IMG/VR virus record: IMGVR_UViG_3300042303_000391
Source of the DNA: an uncultured virus (IMG/VR IMGVR_UViG_3300042303_000391)
Taxonomy: Duplodnaviria > Heunggongvirae > Uroviricota > Caudoviricetes
Direction: 5' to 3' (one strand)
Length of the DNA stretch: 64,000 bases
Positions 41,119-50,380 of the stretch are shown here, one piece after another (position 1 is the first letter of the stretch; the number at the start of each line of letters is the position of its first letter). The notes under the pieces are model-generated. The model worked only from the letters and a program-made list of their open reading frames with translations. It did no database searches and was not told the origin of the DNA. Made by a program: the position numbers and the translations under genes.

Positions 41119-41372
41119 TGTTTTGGCGGACCAGGTTTTATGTCTAAACTATTTTTTTTGTCACCAGATAGATTAGTAAAATTTTTAAAAAAATTATTCA
41201 TTATAAAATCTGTATTTATAGGAATAATTTTAATTTCTATAGAGGGAGTTATAATGTGCTCAAAATCATCAAAATTTTTTAGAGTTTCTCTAATAAGTTT
41301 TTTTGTTTCTTTTGCGTTATCAACACCTTCTACTTCAATTACTTTATCTTCCGTATCAATTAATATTATCAT
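41115..41372 (-). CDS. Hypothetical protein
   Basis: 85 aa, coupled to terL start. Confidence 0.5.
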   Translation of the reverse strand: MIILIDTEDKVIEVEGVDNAKETKKLIRETLKNFDDFEHIITPSIEIKIIPINTDFIMNNFFKNFTNLSGDKKNSLDIKPGPPKQ

Positions 41373-41550
41373 CTGTTGTTTGAGGGTCTTGCTTGGTTTT
41401 TTCTTCCATTTCTTTCTGCCAAGCAGCTTGTTGGGCTTTATTATACGTTTTCATAATACTTGAATACCAAAAATATCTCCCTTCTTTTAAAGAAAATCTT
41501 TCTCCTGGTTTTGGCTGATTATAAATATTTGGTTTATTTACTGGGTACAT
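41356..41550 (-). CDS. Hypothetical protein
   Basis: 64 aa in operon. Confidence 0.5.
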   Translation of the reverse strand: MYPVNKPNIYNQPKPGERFSLKEGRYFWYSSIMKTYNKAQQAAWQKEMEEKTKQDPQTTDDNIN

Positions 41551-41589
41551 ACTTTTTAGTTTTATAAATTATTGTTTTGTGTGTGTTAT

Positions 41590-42141
41590 TTATTTTTTGC
41601 TTGCTTTGCTTACTAATTTCTCAGTGAAAGATTCTTCTCTTCCACCTCTAGCCCTAGTTTCAATGTTCTCATCTTGGTATTCCTTGTAAACCTTTCCAAA
41701 AGATTCCCAGATAAGCTTGGAGTCTTTCATCATCTTATCAAGGGCTTCAAAGGTATCTAAGCTATAAGAAAGGGTTTCTAGGAACTTATTTCTCTCCTCT
41801 ATCTTATCCTGCCATACCTTCAACTCTCTTTGTATCTTTGTCATCACTACCTTTGGGTAGGCATCTATCAAGTGTTCATAATGTTCAAAATCAAAAGAAT
41901 CTTCTTTTAAAAAGTATTTTTTAATGTCTTCTGCTCTCTCGTCTTTTCTAAGTCTAATCTTTGGAGACTTTATATCACAAAAAAGATATATGGCCCACAT
42001 TACTTCTGAAGTGTAGTCCTTGTTCTCTGAAGAATTATAAAAATTATCAAAAGGTTCTGTAAATTTAAATTCAGGATTCACTTCCCAAAATAAATTTCTA
42101 TTAACCTCATAATCAAAATTCTGCATTAAATAATAATCCAT
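41590..42141 (-). CDS. Conserved crAss-like protein (possible terminase small subunit)
   Basis: Helical 183 aa; D.KSP and C-terminal RARGG.EES; upstream of terL. Confidence 0.45.
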   Translation of the reverse strand: MDYYLMQNFDYEVNRNLFWEVNPEFKFTEPFDNFYNSSENKDYTSEVMWAIYLFCDIKSPKIRLRKDERAEDIKKYFLKEDSFDFEHYEHLIDAYPKVVMTKIQRELKVWQDKIEERNKFLETLSYSLDTFEALDKMMKDSKLIWESFGKVYKEYQDENIETRARGGREESFTEKLVSKASKK

Positions 42142-42526
42142 CGTCTGTGTTTTTATTATTAAATAAATAGAGATTCTTTGTGTTTACCTTTTCTCCTGTT
42201 TCCTTATCTGTAAACTCTTTTACAATAATTTCCTCAGTTTCGTAATAGTTTCTCTTTATCTCATCTCCTTCTCTTATTTTCCTAATAGCCACTAAAGAAT
42301 GTCCTTCTACTCTTACGTTGGGGTCAAAGGAATGCTTAATGTATTTTACAATAGGGTCTAGCACATGGTAATTTACGTCTAATTGTATTGTGTGTTGAGT
42401 AGGTGTTTTTAATTCTTCGCAACATATAAATAGAACAGTTTCGCCAGTAAAGAAATCCCTTGTAGAATGGACTTGTTTTAGTCTTTTACTTTTTCTAATT
42501 TCAAAATGATTATTATGGTTACTCAT
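42113..42526 (-). CDS. SET-domain protein
   Basis: YIKHSFDPN and VAIRKIREGDEIKRNY match SET motifs NHSxxPN and A.RDI..GEEL..DY. Confidence 0.8.
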   Translation of the reverse strand: MSNHNNHFEIRKSKRLKQVHSTRDFFTGETVLFICCEELKTPTQHTIQLDVNYHVLDPIVKYIKHSFDPNVRVEGHSLVAIRKIREGDEIKRNYYETEEIIVKEFTDKETGEKVNTKNLYLFNNKNTDDGLLFNAEF

Positions 42527-43031
42527 GTATTATTCTATCTTTAAAAATCTCTAAATAATCATTATAATATAGGGTTATGTCTTCTCCTTTTAATAGTTTT
42601 TTTAGTTGTTTTTGCTCTAATGGTAATTTTAACAAAAGGTCTTTAAATTTATCATTTGCTGATCTAAGTTTTAATTCTTTCCTATCATAAATAGGAGTTT
42701 CATTAAGATCCACTAAACAATCTATTCTTGGAAAATGAACAATACTCCTCATTGATTTATCTAAAAAACAAATTGGAGCGGTAGTGTTCATTAATAAGAA
42801 AAACCCTGAACTTGAGCATTCCTCAATAGGGTAGAGAACTATATCCTCATAATCCTCAATGGCTTTAGATAAAGGATGTACAAAACTTGTATAACCTCCA
42901 GGAGTGGTAATGAAAAAATTAATAGGTAAATCATTATTATTTAAAAATGTTAAGGCATCATTGATTGCTGATAACTCAAAATCATTATGAAAAATATAAG
43001 TTAATCTTTTATTATCTACAATTAGTTCCAT
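42519..43031 (-). CDS. ClpP-like serine protease
   Basis: ITTPGG (cf. INSPGG), CSSSG (catalytic Ser), SIVHFP (catalytic His, cf. IMIHQP). Confidence 0.7.
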   Translation of the reverse strand: MELIVDNKRLTYIFHNDFELSAINDALTFLNNNDLPINFFITTPGGYTSFVHPLSKAIEDYEDIVLYPIEECSSSGFFLLMNTTAPICFLDKSMRSIVHFPRIDCLVDLNETPIYDRKELKLRSANDKFKDLLLKLPLEQKQLKKLLKGEDITLYYNDYLEIFKDRIIHE

Positions 43032-43040
43032 AATAAAAGT

Positions 43041-43370
43041 TTAAGAAATAATGTTTTTTGTGATTCTAAGGGATATTGCGGTGGCATTACCATGAACATA
43101 AATGAATTTATCTGAAGGAGTGCCTAGTTGAATAGTAAAATCAAGTTCTTTGCTTTCTCCTGGCTCTATAATAGTTCCTGTATTAATTCCTGAAGGAGTG
43201 GTACACCCACAGCTTTTAGACACACTTTGGCATACAAAGGTTTCATTCCCTATGTTTTTTACTAATGCTTTGCCGCTTACAGTTTGATTTCTGCTACCTG
43301 TAACCACCACTACTTCTGGTTCAAATACCACTGTGGTGAGCTTTAAGTTTGGGTTGATATTATCTGTCAT
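43041..43370 (-). CDS. DUF1573-like Ig-fold protein
   Basis: KN.G, V.KSCGCT.P, I.PGES signature. Confidence 0.75.
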   Translation of the reverse strand: MTDNINPNLKLTTVVFEPEVVVVTGSRNQTVSGKALVKNIGNETFVCQSVSKSCGCTTPSGINTGTIIEPGESKELDFTIQLGTPSDKFIYVHGNATAISLRITKNIIS

Positions 43371-43374
43371 TTTA

Positions 43375-43680
43375 TTAAAAATTTATATTGTTTTCTAATT
43401 TAAATTTCTCCCACTCCTCTTCTCCCATCATATCAGGGAAGCAAGGGGTTTCCTTTCTTTTACACCCATCTGTACCATAATACAGATCAGGGGTTTCACA
43501 CCCACATTCTAAGCAGCTACCATTTACAGTGCATTCTTTAGCCACTTCTGCTCTCCAGAGCACTTGTTCTTTTTCACATTCAGGCAAAAAACCTGCCTCT
43601 CTAACTTGTGCAGAGAGGAAGTTTTTTACATTCTTAAAATTAATCTTTGCAGGATTAGCTGCATTTGGATTGGCAAACAT
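43375..43680 (-). CDS. Cys-rich, possibly Zn-binding protein
   Basis: C...G.C..CGC...C.....C.FP.MM pattern. Confidence 0.6.
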   Translation of the reverse strand: MFANPNAANPAKINFKNVKNFLSAQVREAGFLPECEKEQVLWRAEVAKECTVNGSCLECGCETPDLYYGTDGCKRKETPCFPDMMGEEEWEKFKLENNINF

Positions 43681-43690
43681 ATTAAATTTT

Positions 43691-44014
43691 TTATAGGCTT
43701 AAAACGTCCCAATTTTCTTTAAATTCCCCACCTTCCATTTTGTCATCATACTCTTCTTCTTTACTGTCGTCTTCTGACTCCATTTCTAAAGGGTTTGTTT
43801 CAAAATACTTTTTAACACAAGAATATTCCCCTTCTCCATTGAAAGGATATTTATCCACTGTTAAAAGCCATCCGTTGCTGATTTTTTCCAAAGTTTTTGT
43901 AACTTCTTCTTTATCAGTTCTTTTTTTCAAGATAAAAGTTTCATCTCCTTCATTCATTTCTTTGGTCATAGAAACAATTTTCTTTTTAACGACCATAATT
44001 GGTAATGTTTTCAT
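43691..44014 (-). CDS. Hypothetical protein
   Basis: 107 aa in operon. Confidence 0.55.
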   Translation of the reverse strand: MKTLPIMVVKKKIVSMTKEMNEGDETFILKKRTDKEEVTKTLEKISNGWLLTVDKYPFNGEGEYSCVKKYFETNPLEMESEDDSKEEEYDDKMEGGEFKENWDVLSL

Positions 44015-44018
44015 TTTT

Positions 44019-44273
44019 TTATTTATAGGTTAGTAATAGTTTTATAAAATTTACAATTTTGTCTCGTAAAGACTCCGTAAATGACTTTATTCCAAGAATA
44101 TCTGAAGAAGGAACAGTGCATTTTGGGGTATTATAAACAATTGGAGTTTCATTTATAATGCTATCCTCTATCTTATTGCTCTCTAACAAAGATGTCTCTT
44201 CTTTTTTAGTTACTCTAGACGATCTCTTCTTAGGAGAAGCTGGTGTTTTTTTCTTATTGATATTTTTTTCCAT
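44019..44273 (-). CDS. Hypothetical protein
   Basis: 84 aa in operon. Confidence 0.5.
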   Translation of the reverse strand: MEKNINKKKTPASPKKRSSRVTKKEETSLLESNKIEDSIINETPIVYNTPKCTVPSSDILGIKSFTESLRDKIVNFIKLLLTYK

Positions 44274-44274
44274 T

Positions 44275-44703
44275 TTATATATTATGTTTTACGGTGACAA
44301 GATCCTCTGGTATTAAAAATGTAAGCTCTAAAGCATCGTCTGCGTCTTCTAACTTATTACAGAAGAATGCAAATGGCATTAGTCCTTGTAGATAGGACCC
44401 GAATACTGGTCTAGCTTCTCCATCAGGATCTCCTCCTACAGGCGGCTTATAGCTTACAATTGGTTTATCCACCATATTATCTCCAAGAGAAATAATATCT
44501 CCTTCTTTAAAGGTTTTAGAACCATTAGCCATCAATACTTTAAAAGCATTTTTAATTTCAGTGGTTTTACGGTTGTCCATGCCCACTAGCTGAGAAGCCA
44601 ATGCACTTTTTTTAGCGTAACATTGTACTAAAATGTGATTTTCTCTTTTGATTTCAAACCCGAAATCTGGAATTGGTTGTTCTTTGAATTCTTTAATTGT
44701 CAT
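44275..44703 (-). CDS. GroES/Cpn10-like co-chaperonin
   Basis: NHILVQ, KVL.A.G..FKEGDII, LIPEDLV resemble the Cpn10 pattern; follows promoter TATATTTG at 44738-44745. Confidence 0.45.
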   Translation of the reverse strand: MTIKEFKEQPIPDFGFEIKRENHILVQCYAKKSALASQLVGMDNRKTTEIKNAFKVLMANGSKTFKEGDIISLGDNMVDKPIVSYKPPVGGDPDGEARPVFGSYLQGLMPFAFFCNKLEDADDALELTFLIPEDLVTVKHNI

Positions 44704-44757
44704 AATTTTGATTGTTTTGTGTGTTTTAAAATTTTTACAAATATACGAAAATAATTT

Positions 44758-45045
44758 TTATTTTCTTTTATTTTTATTATTTCTTAATGATCTAATTGTG
44801 TTTATCATTTTTTGTGTTTTTTCTACATGCCTCAACTTAAAGAACATCCTAAGCCTTTTCTTTATCTTAATAATGCTTGGAACTATTTTACCAAACTTAG
44901 GCAAATACATTTCCCTATCTGGAGACTTTGACATTTCCTTTGAAAGCGTTTTTACATAATCTTTATAAATGATTTCCACCATTTCGGGGGAAACATCCCC
45001 AAGATTACTAGAAACTTCCTCAAATATACTATTGGACATTTGCAA
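44758..45045 (-). CDS. HU/IHF-like basic protein
   Basis: Helical N-terminus and MYLPKFGKI. Confidence 0.5.
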   Translation of the reverse strand: MQMSNSIFEEVSSNLGDVSPEMVEIIYKDYVKTLSKEMSKSPDREMYLPKFGKIVPSIIKIKKRLRMFFKLRHVEKTQKMINTIRSLRNNKNKRK

Positions 45046-45226
45046 TCACTAAGGTGGATATTAAACAAAATAGCACCACTATAATTAAAAAGTCTCTGGC
45101 TATTCTTTTAATCATTATATTAAAATCACAGTCTTCTTCTACCTTAAAAAATATATTTAAAGCTGCCATGGTGAGCAGAAAAGTTAAGATTAAAAGTAAT
45201 TTTACAGCCAATATCATCATCATCAT
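45029..45226 (-). CDS. Small membrane protein
   Basis: Two hydrophobic segments; overlaps neighbours. Confidence 0.5.
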   Translation of the reverse strand: MMMMILAVKLLLILTFLLTMAALNIFFKVEEDCDFNIMIKRIARDFLIIVVLFCLISTLVIANVQ

Positions 45227-45414
45227 ACTAACATTAATTTTAAGTTATTGTCTAAGCTTATAGCTATGGTGAGGTTTTTATACTTTACTAGCTCCTCATA
45301 GTATTCCATACCTAGTTCTCTTTTAAGCATGTCATAGGTGGCATTATCCATTATCATAAGCTTTCTATATGGAGAGTTCATTTCTTTTATTATCTGTACA
45401 ATGCTCTTATTCAT
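45223..45414 (-). CDS. Hypothetical protein
   Basis: 63 aa, coupled. Confidence 0.5.
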   Translation of the reverse strand: MNKSIVQIIKEMNSPYRKLMIMDNATYDMLKRELGMEYYEELVKYKNLTIAISLDNNLKLMLV

Positions 45415-45823
45415 ATATAAAATTTATATCTAATTTAAATTCTTTATCTTTATACATTTTTTCTAGCCATTGAGGTATTTCATAATCCAATACCCTAGGT
45501 TTAGAGAATCTATCTGCTGGTATTGAAACCGTCTTCTTTAAAATCTTAAAAGGAATGATTCTATCATTTATATAAGCCCCAATATAAGAAGAAAATACTT
45601 GCATGTGCTTTGCAATCACTACATGCATTTGATTCATATTCTTAAATTTATTTACATTATTAGCATCTAATGCAGGGTAGTCTATTTTATAATACAATAC
45701 CCAATATAAAACCTCTAGGGTCTTGTCAGAAAGTAATAGCCCTCTAGTGGCTAGTAATACTCTAGCCCTTTCTATAAAGCACTCTTTCTTGCCTTTTTTT
45801 ATACTTTGTTTATATACTCCCAT
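45407..45823 (-). CDS. Hypothetical protein
   Basis: 138 aa in operon. Confidence 0.55.
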   Translation of the reverse strand: MGVYKQSIKKGKKECFIERARVLLATRGLLLSDKTLEVLYWVLYYKIDYPALDANNVNKFKNMNQMHVVIAKHMQVFSSYIGAYINDRIIPFKILKKTVSIPADRFSKPRVLDYEIPQWLEKMYKDKEFKLDINFIYE

Positions 45824-45870
45824 TTTGTATGTGTTTTTTATTTAACAATTATTATTTTAAAAAAGTTCCA

Positions 45871-46059
45871 TCACTCCTTAAAAACAGTTTTTTCATTTAA
45901 AAAGTTAGAGAAAGACACTAAATCTTGAATCTTTCTAATAAAAGTTTCCCTAGAGATGACATCTGTGGTTTTATACTCCTCCGCCTCTATATTAAATTTT
46001 TCAGGAAGAGATATAGTTTGTTTATTTCCTTGTAAGTCTGTAATAATTATTTCTGCCAT
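45871..46059 (-). CDS. Hypothetical protein
   Basis: 62 aa. Confidence 0.5.
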   Translation of the reverse strand: MAEIIITDLQGNKQTISLPEKFNIEAEEYKTTDVISRETFIRKIQDLVSFSNFLNEKTVFKE

Positions 46060-46085
46060 TTTTTTATATTTTAATTTTAGTGTGA

Positions 46086-46313
46086 TTAAACCTTGTCATC
46101 TAAGAATATAGTGGGAGGGTTGAAAGAAACTATTGCAGAATAATACACGCCTAAACAGTGATTTACTTTTGCTAAAAGCATTTCTAATTCCTCTAAGTCT
46201 TTTATTTCTATCTTAATAGCGTCAAAATCATCATATCTATCCACCCAAGCACCTAATCTATCAATTAGAAATCTATCATTATTGTGTCTATTGAAATCTA
46301 TCTCAAACTCCAT
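46086..46313 (-). CDS. Hypothetical protein
   Basis: 75 aa. Confidence 0.55.
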   Translation of the reverse strand: MEFEIDFNRHNNDRFLIDRLGAWVDRYDDFDAIKIEIKDLEELEMLLAKVNHCLGVYYSAIVSFNPPTIFLDDKV

Positions 46314-46317
46314 GTCT

Positions 46318-46497
46318 TTATGAATTAAAAAATTCTTTTAATATTTCCATTACATTAATAACTCCCACAACAACAATTATAGAAACTATTTCTATCCAAA
46401 AAGGAAACGTACACCACCACCAAGACAAATCTTGTATATATCCTAATGCCTTCAATATAATGAGAATACCCCCTATACAATATGCTATGTTATTCAT
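46318..46497 (-). CDS. Small membrane protein (LK.LG.I..SWWW..PFW type)
   Basis: 59 aa, below the track cutoff; manual translation MNNIAYCIGGILIILKALGYIQDLSWWWCTFPFWIEIV... Confidence 0.65.
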   Translation of the reverse strand: MNNIAYCIGGILIILKALGYIQDLSWWWCTFPFWIEIVSIIVVVGVINVMEILKEFFNS

Positions 46498-46813
46498 TTT
46501 CTATTATTTCAAATTCTTCTTGTTCAATTAATTCCTTTATCTCAATATCATTTAACTCTGTGCAATTTTTAGCAAGTTCTATAAATTCCTCTAAATCATC
46601 CTGATGTATGGCAAATCTTTTAGCATCAAATACTCCATAAGGAGCACAGGATTCGTCAAGATCTATTTCTTCCAGGGTGTATGCCATTGTTTTAGAGGGG
46701 ATGGAATAGAATATCATTAGAATATGATAGAGTTCTTGTTCTTTCACCCATTTACTTGCAGGGATTACGCTTGGCTTATTCTTTTCGTCAATACAGATAA
46801 CTCTTACACTCAT
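46490..46813 (-). CDS. Hypothetical protein
   Basis: 107 aa; VICID...FDAKRF. Confidence 0.6.
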   Translation of the reverse strand: MSVRVICIDEKNKPSVIPASKWVKEQELYHILMIFYSIPSKTMAYTLEEIDLDESCAPYGVFDAKRFAIHQDDLEEFIELAKNCTELNDIEIKELIEQEEFEIIENE

Positions 46814-46829
46814 TGTTATGTTAATTTAT

Positions 46830-47351
46830 TTATAAAATAGGGGATAATGCCGCATAGTGCGTATTATTAAATAAACTTTGTACGTCTTTTTTAATTATTT
46901 TTCCATTAAAAGACAAATAAGGGTTGAATACCCAGTAGTTATGATGATTTTCAAACCTATCATACACCTGGAACTTTCCTATCACCCCTAATTTAAATAA
47001 TTTTTCAATTATATTCTGTATTTTTCTCCTATCAACATTGAAAAACTCCGAAAGTTCCTTCATTGTACTCTCTGGTCTTAATGGTTCTAAGCTATTTGTA
47101 TAGGCATGAGCCATCATAGACATTTTATAAGCCACTTTAAACTCTGTATCAGTAGTTTGAGTCTCTAATAATTGCCAAGCCTTTGTAAAAAACCTAGAAT
47201 AACTCTCAGTACTGATAAAGAAATTCATAGAAGGGTCCTTTGGCTGCTTTTTTTCCCTATTGTGTACCGCCACTTCTGCCACTTCTCCAGTGTCTAAGTC
47301 TATCTTAGCAGCCCTTTCGTTATGTTTTAATTTAATTACCTTCTCGTACAT
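46830..47351 (-). CDS. RepL-like wHTH replication/DNA-binding protein
   Basis: IDLDTGEV, HTH (MKELSEFFNVDRRKIQNIIEKLFKLGVI), YWVFNPYL. Confidence 0.7.
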   Translation of the reverse strand: MYEKVIKLKHNERAAKIDLDTGEVAEVAVHNREKKQPKDPSMNFFISTESYSRFFTKAWQLLETQTTDTEFKVAYKMSMMAHAYTNSLEPLRPESTMKELSEFFNVDRRKIQNIIEKLFKLGVIGKFQVYDRFENHHNYWVFNPYLSFNGKIIKKDVQSLFNNTHYAALSPIL

Positions 47352-47420
47352 ACAATATATTTATTATCTATCCTCCTAATACATCTATCTCCACTATATC
47401 AACCGCCATAACTAATTGTT

Positions 47421-47849
47421 TTATATTTGTTTATTCATTTTATCTAAAAACCATCCTGGAACTTCTTTGCTAAAATATGTCCAACCAGTACTATCTGCCA
47501 TAGTATATTTGTACGTGGAAGAACTATCAATGCCTATTAGCTTAGAATAGAATACAAAATCTTTAGTCTCATAATGCCAGAAATACCCCAAATCCCCCAC
47601 TTTAGGTTTACCCCACTCACTTATATCAGTGAAGCCCCCGTTCTCTAAAGAATATTCTGTAAGAGATAATAGAGGAGATGAATCCCCCATACTATGTACC
47701 CCACTTAGAGTGTATGTACTTATTCCCTTTCCATCAAACCTAACAATAATAGGATAGGAAATTTCATTAAAATCTTCCCTATACTCAACAATTGCTCCCC
47801 ACCCCCATCTAATATCAAATACTCTAGTTCCTATTTCTAATTTTTTCAT
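47421..47849 (-). CDS. Hypothetical protein
   Basis: 142 aa; G.RVFD..WGWG, YPI.V.F. Confidence 0.6.
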   Translation of the reverse strand: MKKLEIGTRVFDIRWGWGAIVEYREDFNEISYPIIVRFDGKGISTYTLSGVHSMGDSSPLLSLTEYSLENGGFTDISEWGKPKVGDLGYFWHYETKDFVFYSKLIGIDSSSTYKYTMADSTGWTYFSKEVPGWFLDKMNKQI

Positions 47850-47863
47850 TCCACTATTATTCT

Positions 47864-48139
47864 TTAATTGTTATCTGCAGCTAAAGCACCTGCTTTAAAT
47901 CCTCTATTATACCCGTCTCTATATCTATCTTGCCCTAATCTAGGAATTGGACAAAGAGGAGTTATAGGACAAATAGCAAATTGTCCTTTGACATCTTTCC
48001 ACCCCTCACAATATCCGTCTCTCCATCCATCACAATACTCAGAATACAATCTCTCTTTTGTCACTTCTTTAATAATACTGTGTGAAGATATTAATAATCC
48101 CCCACTCATAATCCCTAATAATAATACTATCTTTTTCAT
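47864..48139 (-). CDS. Putative secreted/membrane protein
   Basis: Signal-like N-terminus; repeated G[WY]..G[YF] and CPI.P.CP. Confidence 0.55.
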   Translation of the reverse strand: MKKIVLLLGIMSGGLLISSHSIIKEVTKERLYSEYCDGWRDGYCEGWKDVKGQFAICPITPLCPIPRLGQDRYRDGYNRGFKAGALAADNN

Positions 48140-48182
48140 TTCTTTATAATTTTATGCAAAATTAATACATTTATCTTTAATG

Positions 48183-48368
48183 TCAAGAATTTTTTTTATA
48201 ATCTAAATAAAATCCTATAGCCACAATTATATTCATCCCACAAGAAGCAACTATCTCATGAACATCCTCATACACATTCAAACTTAAATGAACATGACCT
48301 ATAGTCCAAAAAGGAATGGATAGGTTCTGTGACACCCAAATAATAAAATATTTTATAAACTCCTTCAT
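48183..48368 (-). CDS. Small membrane protein
   Basis: Likely start MKEFIKY after promoter 48399-48406. Confidence 0.5.
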   Translation of the reverse strand: MKEFIKYFIIWVSQNLSIPFWTIGHVHLSLNVYEDVHEIVASCGMNIIVAIGFYLDYKKNS

Positions 48369-48398
48369 ATTTTTAATTCCTAAAAAAAATAATCTCCG

Positions 48399-48406
48399 CA
48401 AAGATA
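48399..48406 (-). promoter_or_regulatory. First leftward Bacteroidota-type promoter (TATCTTTG)
   Basis: Consensus match at start of the minus-strand block; similar sites at 48157, 44738, 38777, 30256, 13078. Confidence 0.6.
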
Positions 48407-49535
48407 CAAACTTTTATACAAATAGCAAGAATTATTTTTCTATTAGAAAGAATTTATTTTACACATTTATCACACCATTTTCCAAAAACCCCTCAACGAA
48501 GAAATGCGGGTTTCAGCGGGTCAAAAGTACAAAAATGTACACGAAAAGTACAAAAATGTACTTTCACCCTCTCGGAACCCTTGATTTTCCTAGGTACTTT
48601 TTTTAACGCTTCTTTAATTATTTATATGCAAGTTTTACCTATAACCAAACCCCCGAAAATCTCCCCCTAATTTTTTATTTTTTTTATCCACCCCCCACCC
48701 CTAAAATTTTTTTAGCCCTACCCAAAATCATCCCCCCTAGTAGAACAAAAAAACTATCCCCCCGTATGTTATGTGAGAATGAAAAGTGGGGTGTATCAAT
48801 AACATAGCCCGTATGCATGGCCCGTTTTTCAAATACCCTCCCCTAAAAACCAAAAACTGAGTTTTCCATTAGCGAGAAATAGTTTTGGGGGAATATCTCT
48901 AGGGCTAGGGCGTTGTGTCTAGTCTGTGGACTGGGGGCGGGTGGTGGTGATCTAGTTTCTAGTATCTAGTCTCTAGGGTTCCTCTCTCTGTCTGTCTAGT
49001 CTGTCTGTCTATCTACTAGTATACAGAATATCCATAGGCGGGTATATATAGGGCGGGGTTTATACATAGGGCGGAGGGGGGAGGGGAGTTCTAATAGAAT
49101 AATATATATAGGGGGAGGCTACATATACCCACCAAATACAGGGGCGGGAAAACGGGAGGGGTGCAACTAGTAGTAGGAAAAAAAGACAAATTTGTCCGAA
49201 TATATTTATACATTATCTCATTAGAGCCTCTCTAAACGATTATTTTCTGGTGGGTAAGGGTAAGTGACCTATTATACCCACTCTCGCCCATATCCGCCCA
49301 TTAAAGCCTATTTACATATCAATATCCTAGTGGCTTAGATATAGCAAAAATATTCTAGATCTCTGAAACTCTTAACAAAGTTTAACAAGATAATTGGGGG
49401 GTATTTAGTTTAGAATGTTATATGCGGGGTTTAGTTAAATTGAGTTAAGAAAGGGGCGATCTTTTAGTTTACATTTATTAGTATCTTTTTACAGTCTTTA
49501 ACGTGTCTAGGTATTGACAAGTTCTATATATGTAC
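48407..49535. other. Non-coding strand-switch region (origin or genome-end candidate)
   Basis: Divergent gene blocks; C tracts on the left, G tracts on the right; TCTAG and ATAGGGCGG repeats. Confidence 0.6.
48523..48561. repeat. Tandem direct repeat AAAAGTACAAAAATGTAC x2 (21 bp period)
   Basis: Seen directly in sequence. Confidence 0.85.
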
Positions 49536-49543
49536 TATCTTTG
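49514..49543 (+). promoter_or_regulatory. First rightward promoter (TTG ... TATCTTTG)
   Basis: -7 element TATCTTTG at 49536-49543 with upstream TTG; further + strand sites at 50339, 54774, 60981. Confidence 0.65.
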
Positions 49544-49575
49544 CACTATTATTTTAACCCACTAAATTTATAACA

Positions 49576-49866
49576 ATGACACAAATAACAGAAACCACAA
49601 CAAGGTACACAAAGAAACAAGGCACAAAAAACGGCTGGAAATTAGTAGACACAGAAACGGAAAACGTTACAGAGCAGCAGCACAGAAACGCAACTAGCGA
49701 TGATACGTGTAAGTGGTTTAGACGTTTAGGAGGCTCTGAATCCAAAACAATGGGATATACCTGTGATGGTTACAAGTGTACTAAATTAATAAGTACATCC
49801 CCCGACAAAGAACAAAAAACTATCCGTGAATATACATTTAAATGGGTGGAAACTCAAAACAATTAA
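49576..49866 (+). CDS. Early hypothetical protein
   Basis: 96 aa, first gene after promoter. Confidence 0.65.
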   Translation: MTQITETTTRYTKKQGTKNGWKLVDTETENVTEQQHRNATSDDTCKWFRRLGGSESKTMGYTCDGYKCTKLISTSPDKEQKTIREYTFKWVETQNN

Positions 49867-49898
49867 AAATATTTATCAATCTTTAAAAAAGTAACAAA

Positions 49899-50063
49899 AT
49901 GACAAAGGACACAATAAAAACAACACTCTTCATTTTATCGTTAGTTTTAATGATGTATCTATTTAAGCAAATAGAATATAGAAACGCTCTTGCATCTTGC
50001 AAAGATAAGCCGATAAAAAACTATATAGAATGTATAACGGATATTAAACAAATTTATAAATAA
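49899..50063 (+). CDS. Small early membrane protein
   Basis: 54 aa (MTKDTIKTTLFILSLVLMMYLF...), preceded by the repeated start motif. Confidence 0.55.
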   Translation: MTKDTIKTTLFILSLVLMMYLFKQIEYRNALASCKDKPIKNYIECITDIKQIYK

Positions 50064-50083
50064 TACCTTTAAAAAATTATAAA

Positions 50084-50287
50084 ATGATAGCTAAAATAAT
50101 ATTTTTTTTCTACCTATGGACAGGAACCATAGAACCACAAGGAGATAATGAGGGAAGACCCTTATATCAAGTACACACAGAGAGCGGCACTCCTTGCATA
50201 GAGGTCGCATATAGGGGGGAAATACTTAGATGGATAGAACAGGGAAAGCCGAACACATTTACATACAATGAAGAACTAGAAGATTAA
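50084..50287 (+). CDS. Early hypothetical protein
   Basis: 67 aa. Confidence 0.55.
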   Translation: MIAKIIFFFYLWTGTIEPQGDNEGRPLYQVHTESGTPCIEVAYRGEILRWIEQGKPNTFTYNEELED

Positions 50288-50380
50288 CCCCCTAAAAAAA
50301 ATTAAGTATTATTAACAGGGGCAAAAAATAAAAATAAATATCTTTGCCCTATTATTTAAAATCTTTAAAAAAGTAACAAT

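Noticed and set aside
33..48606. Plus-strand ORFs in the late block, and minus-strand ORFs such as 58918-59265 and 60404-60601 in the early block
   Set aside because: Antisense shadows of real genes or of hairpins, with no recognisable motifs.
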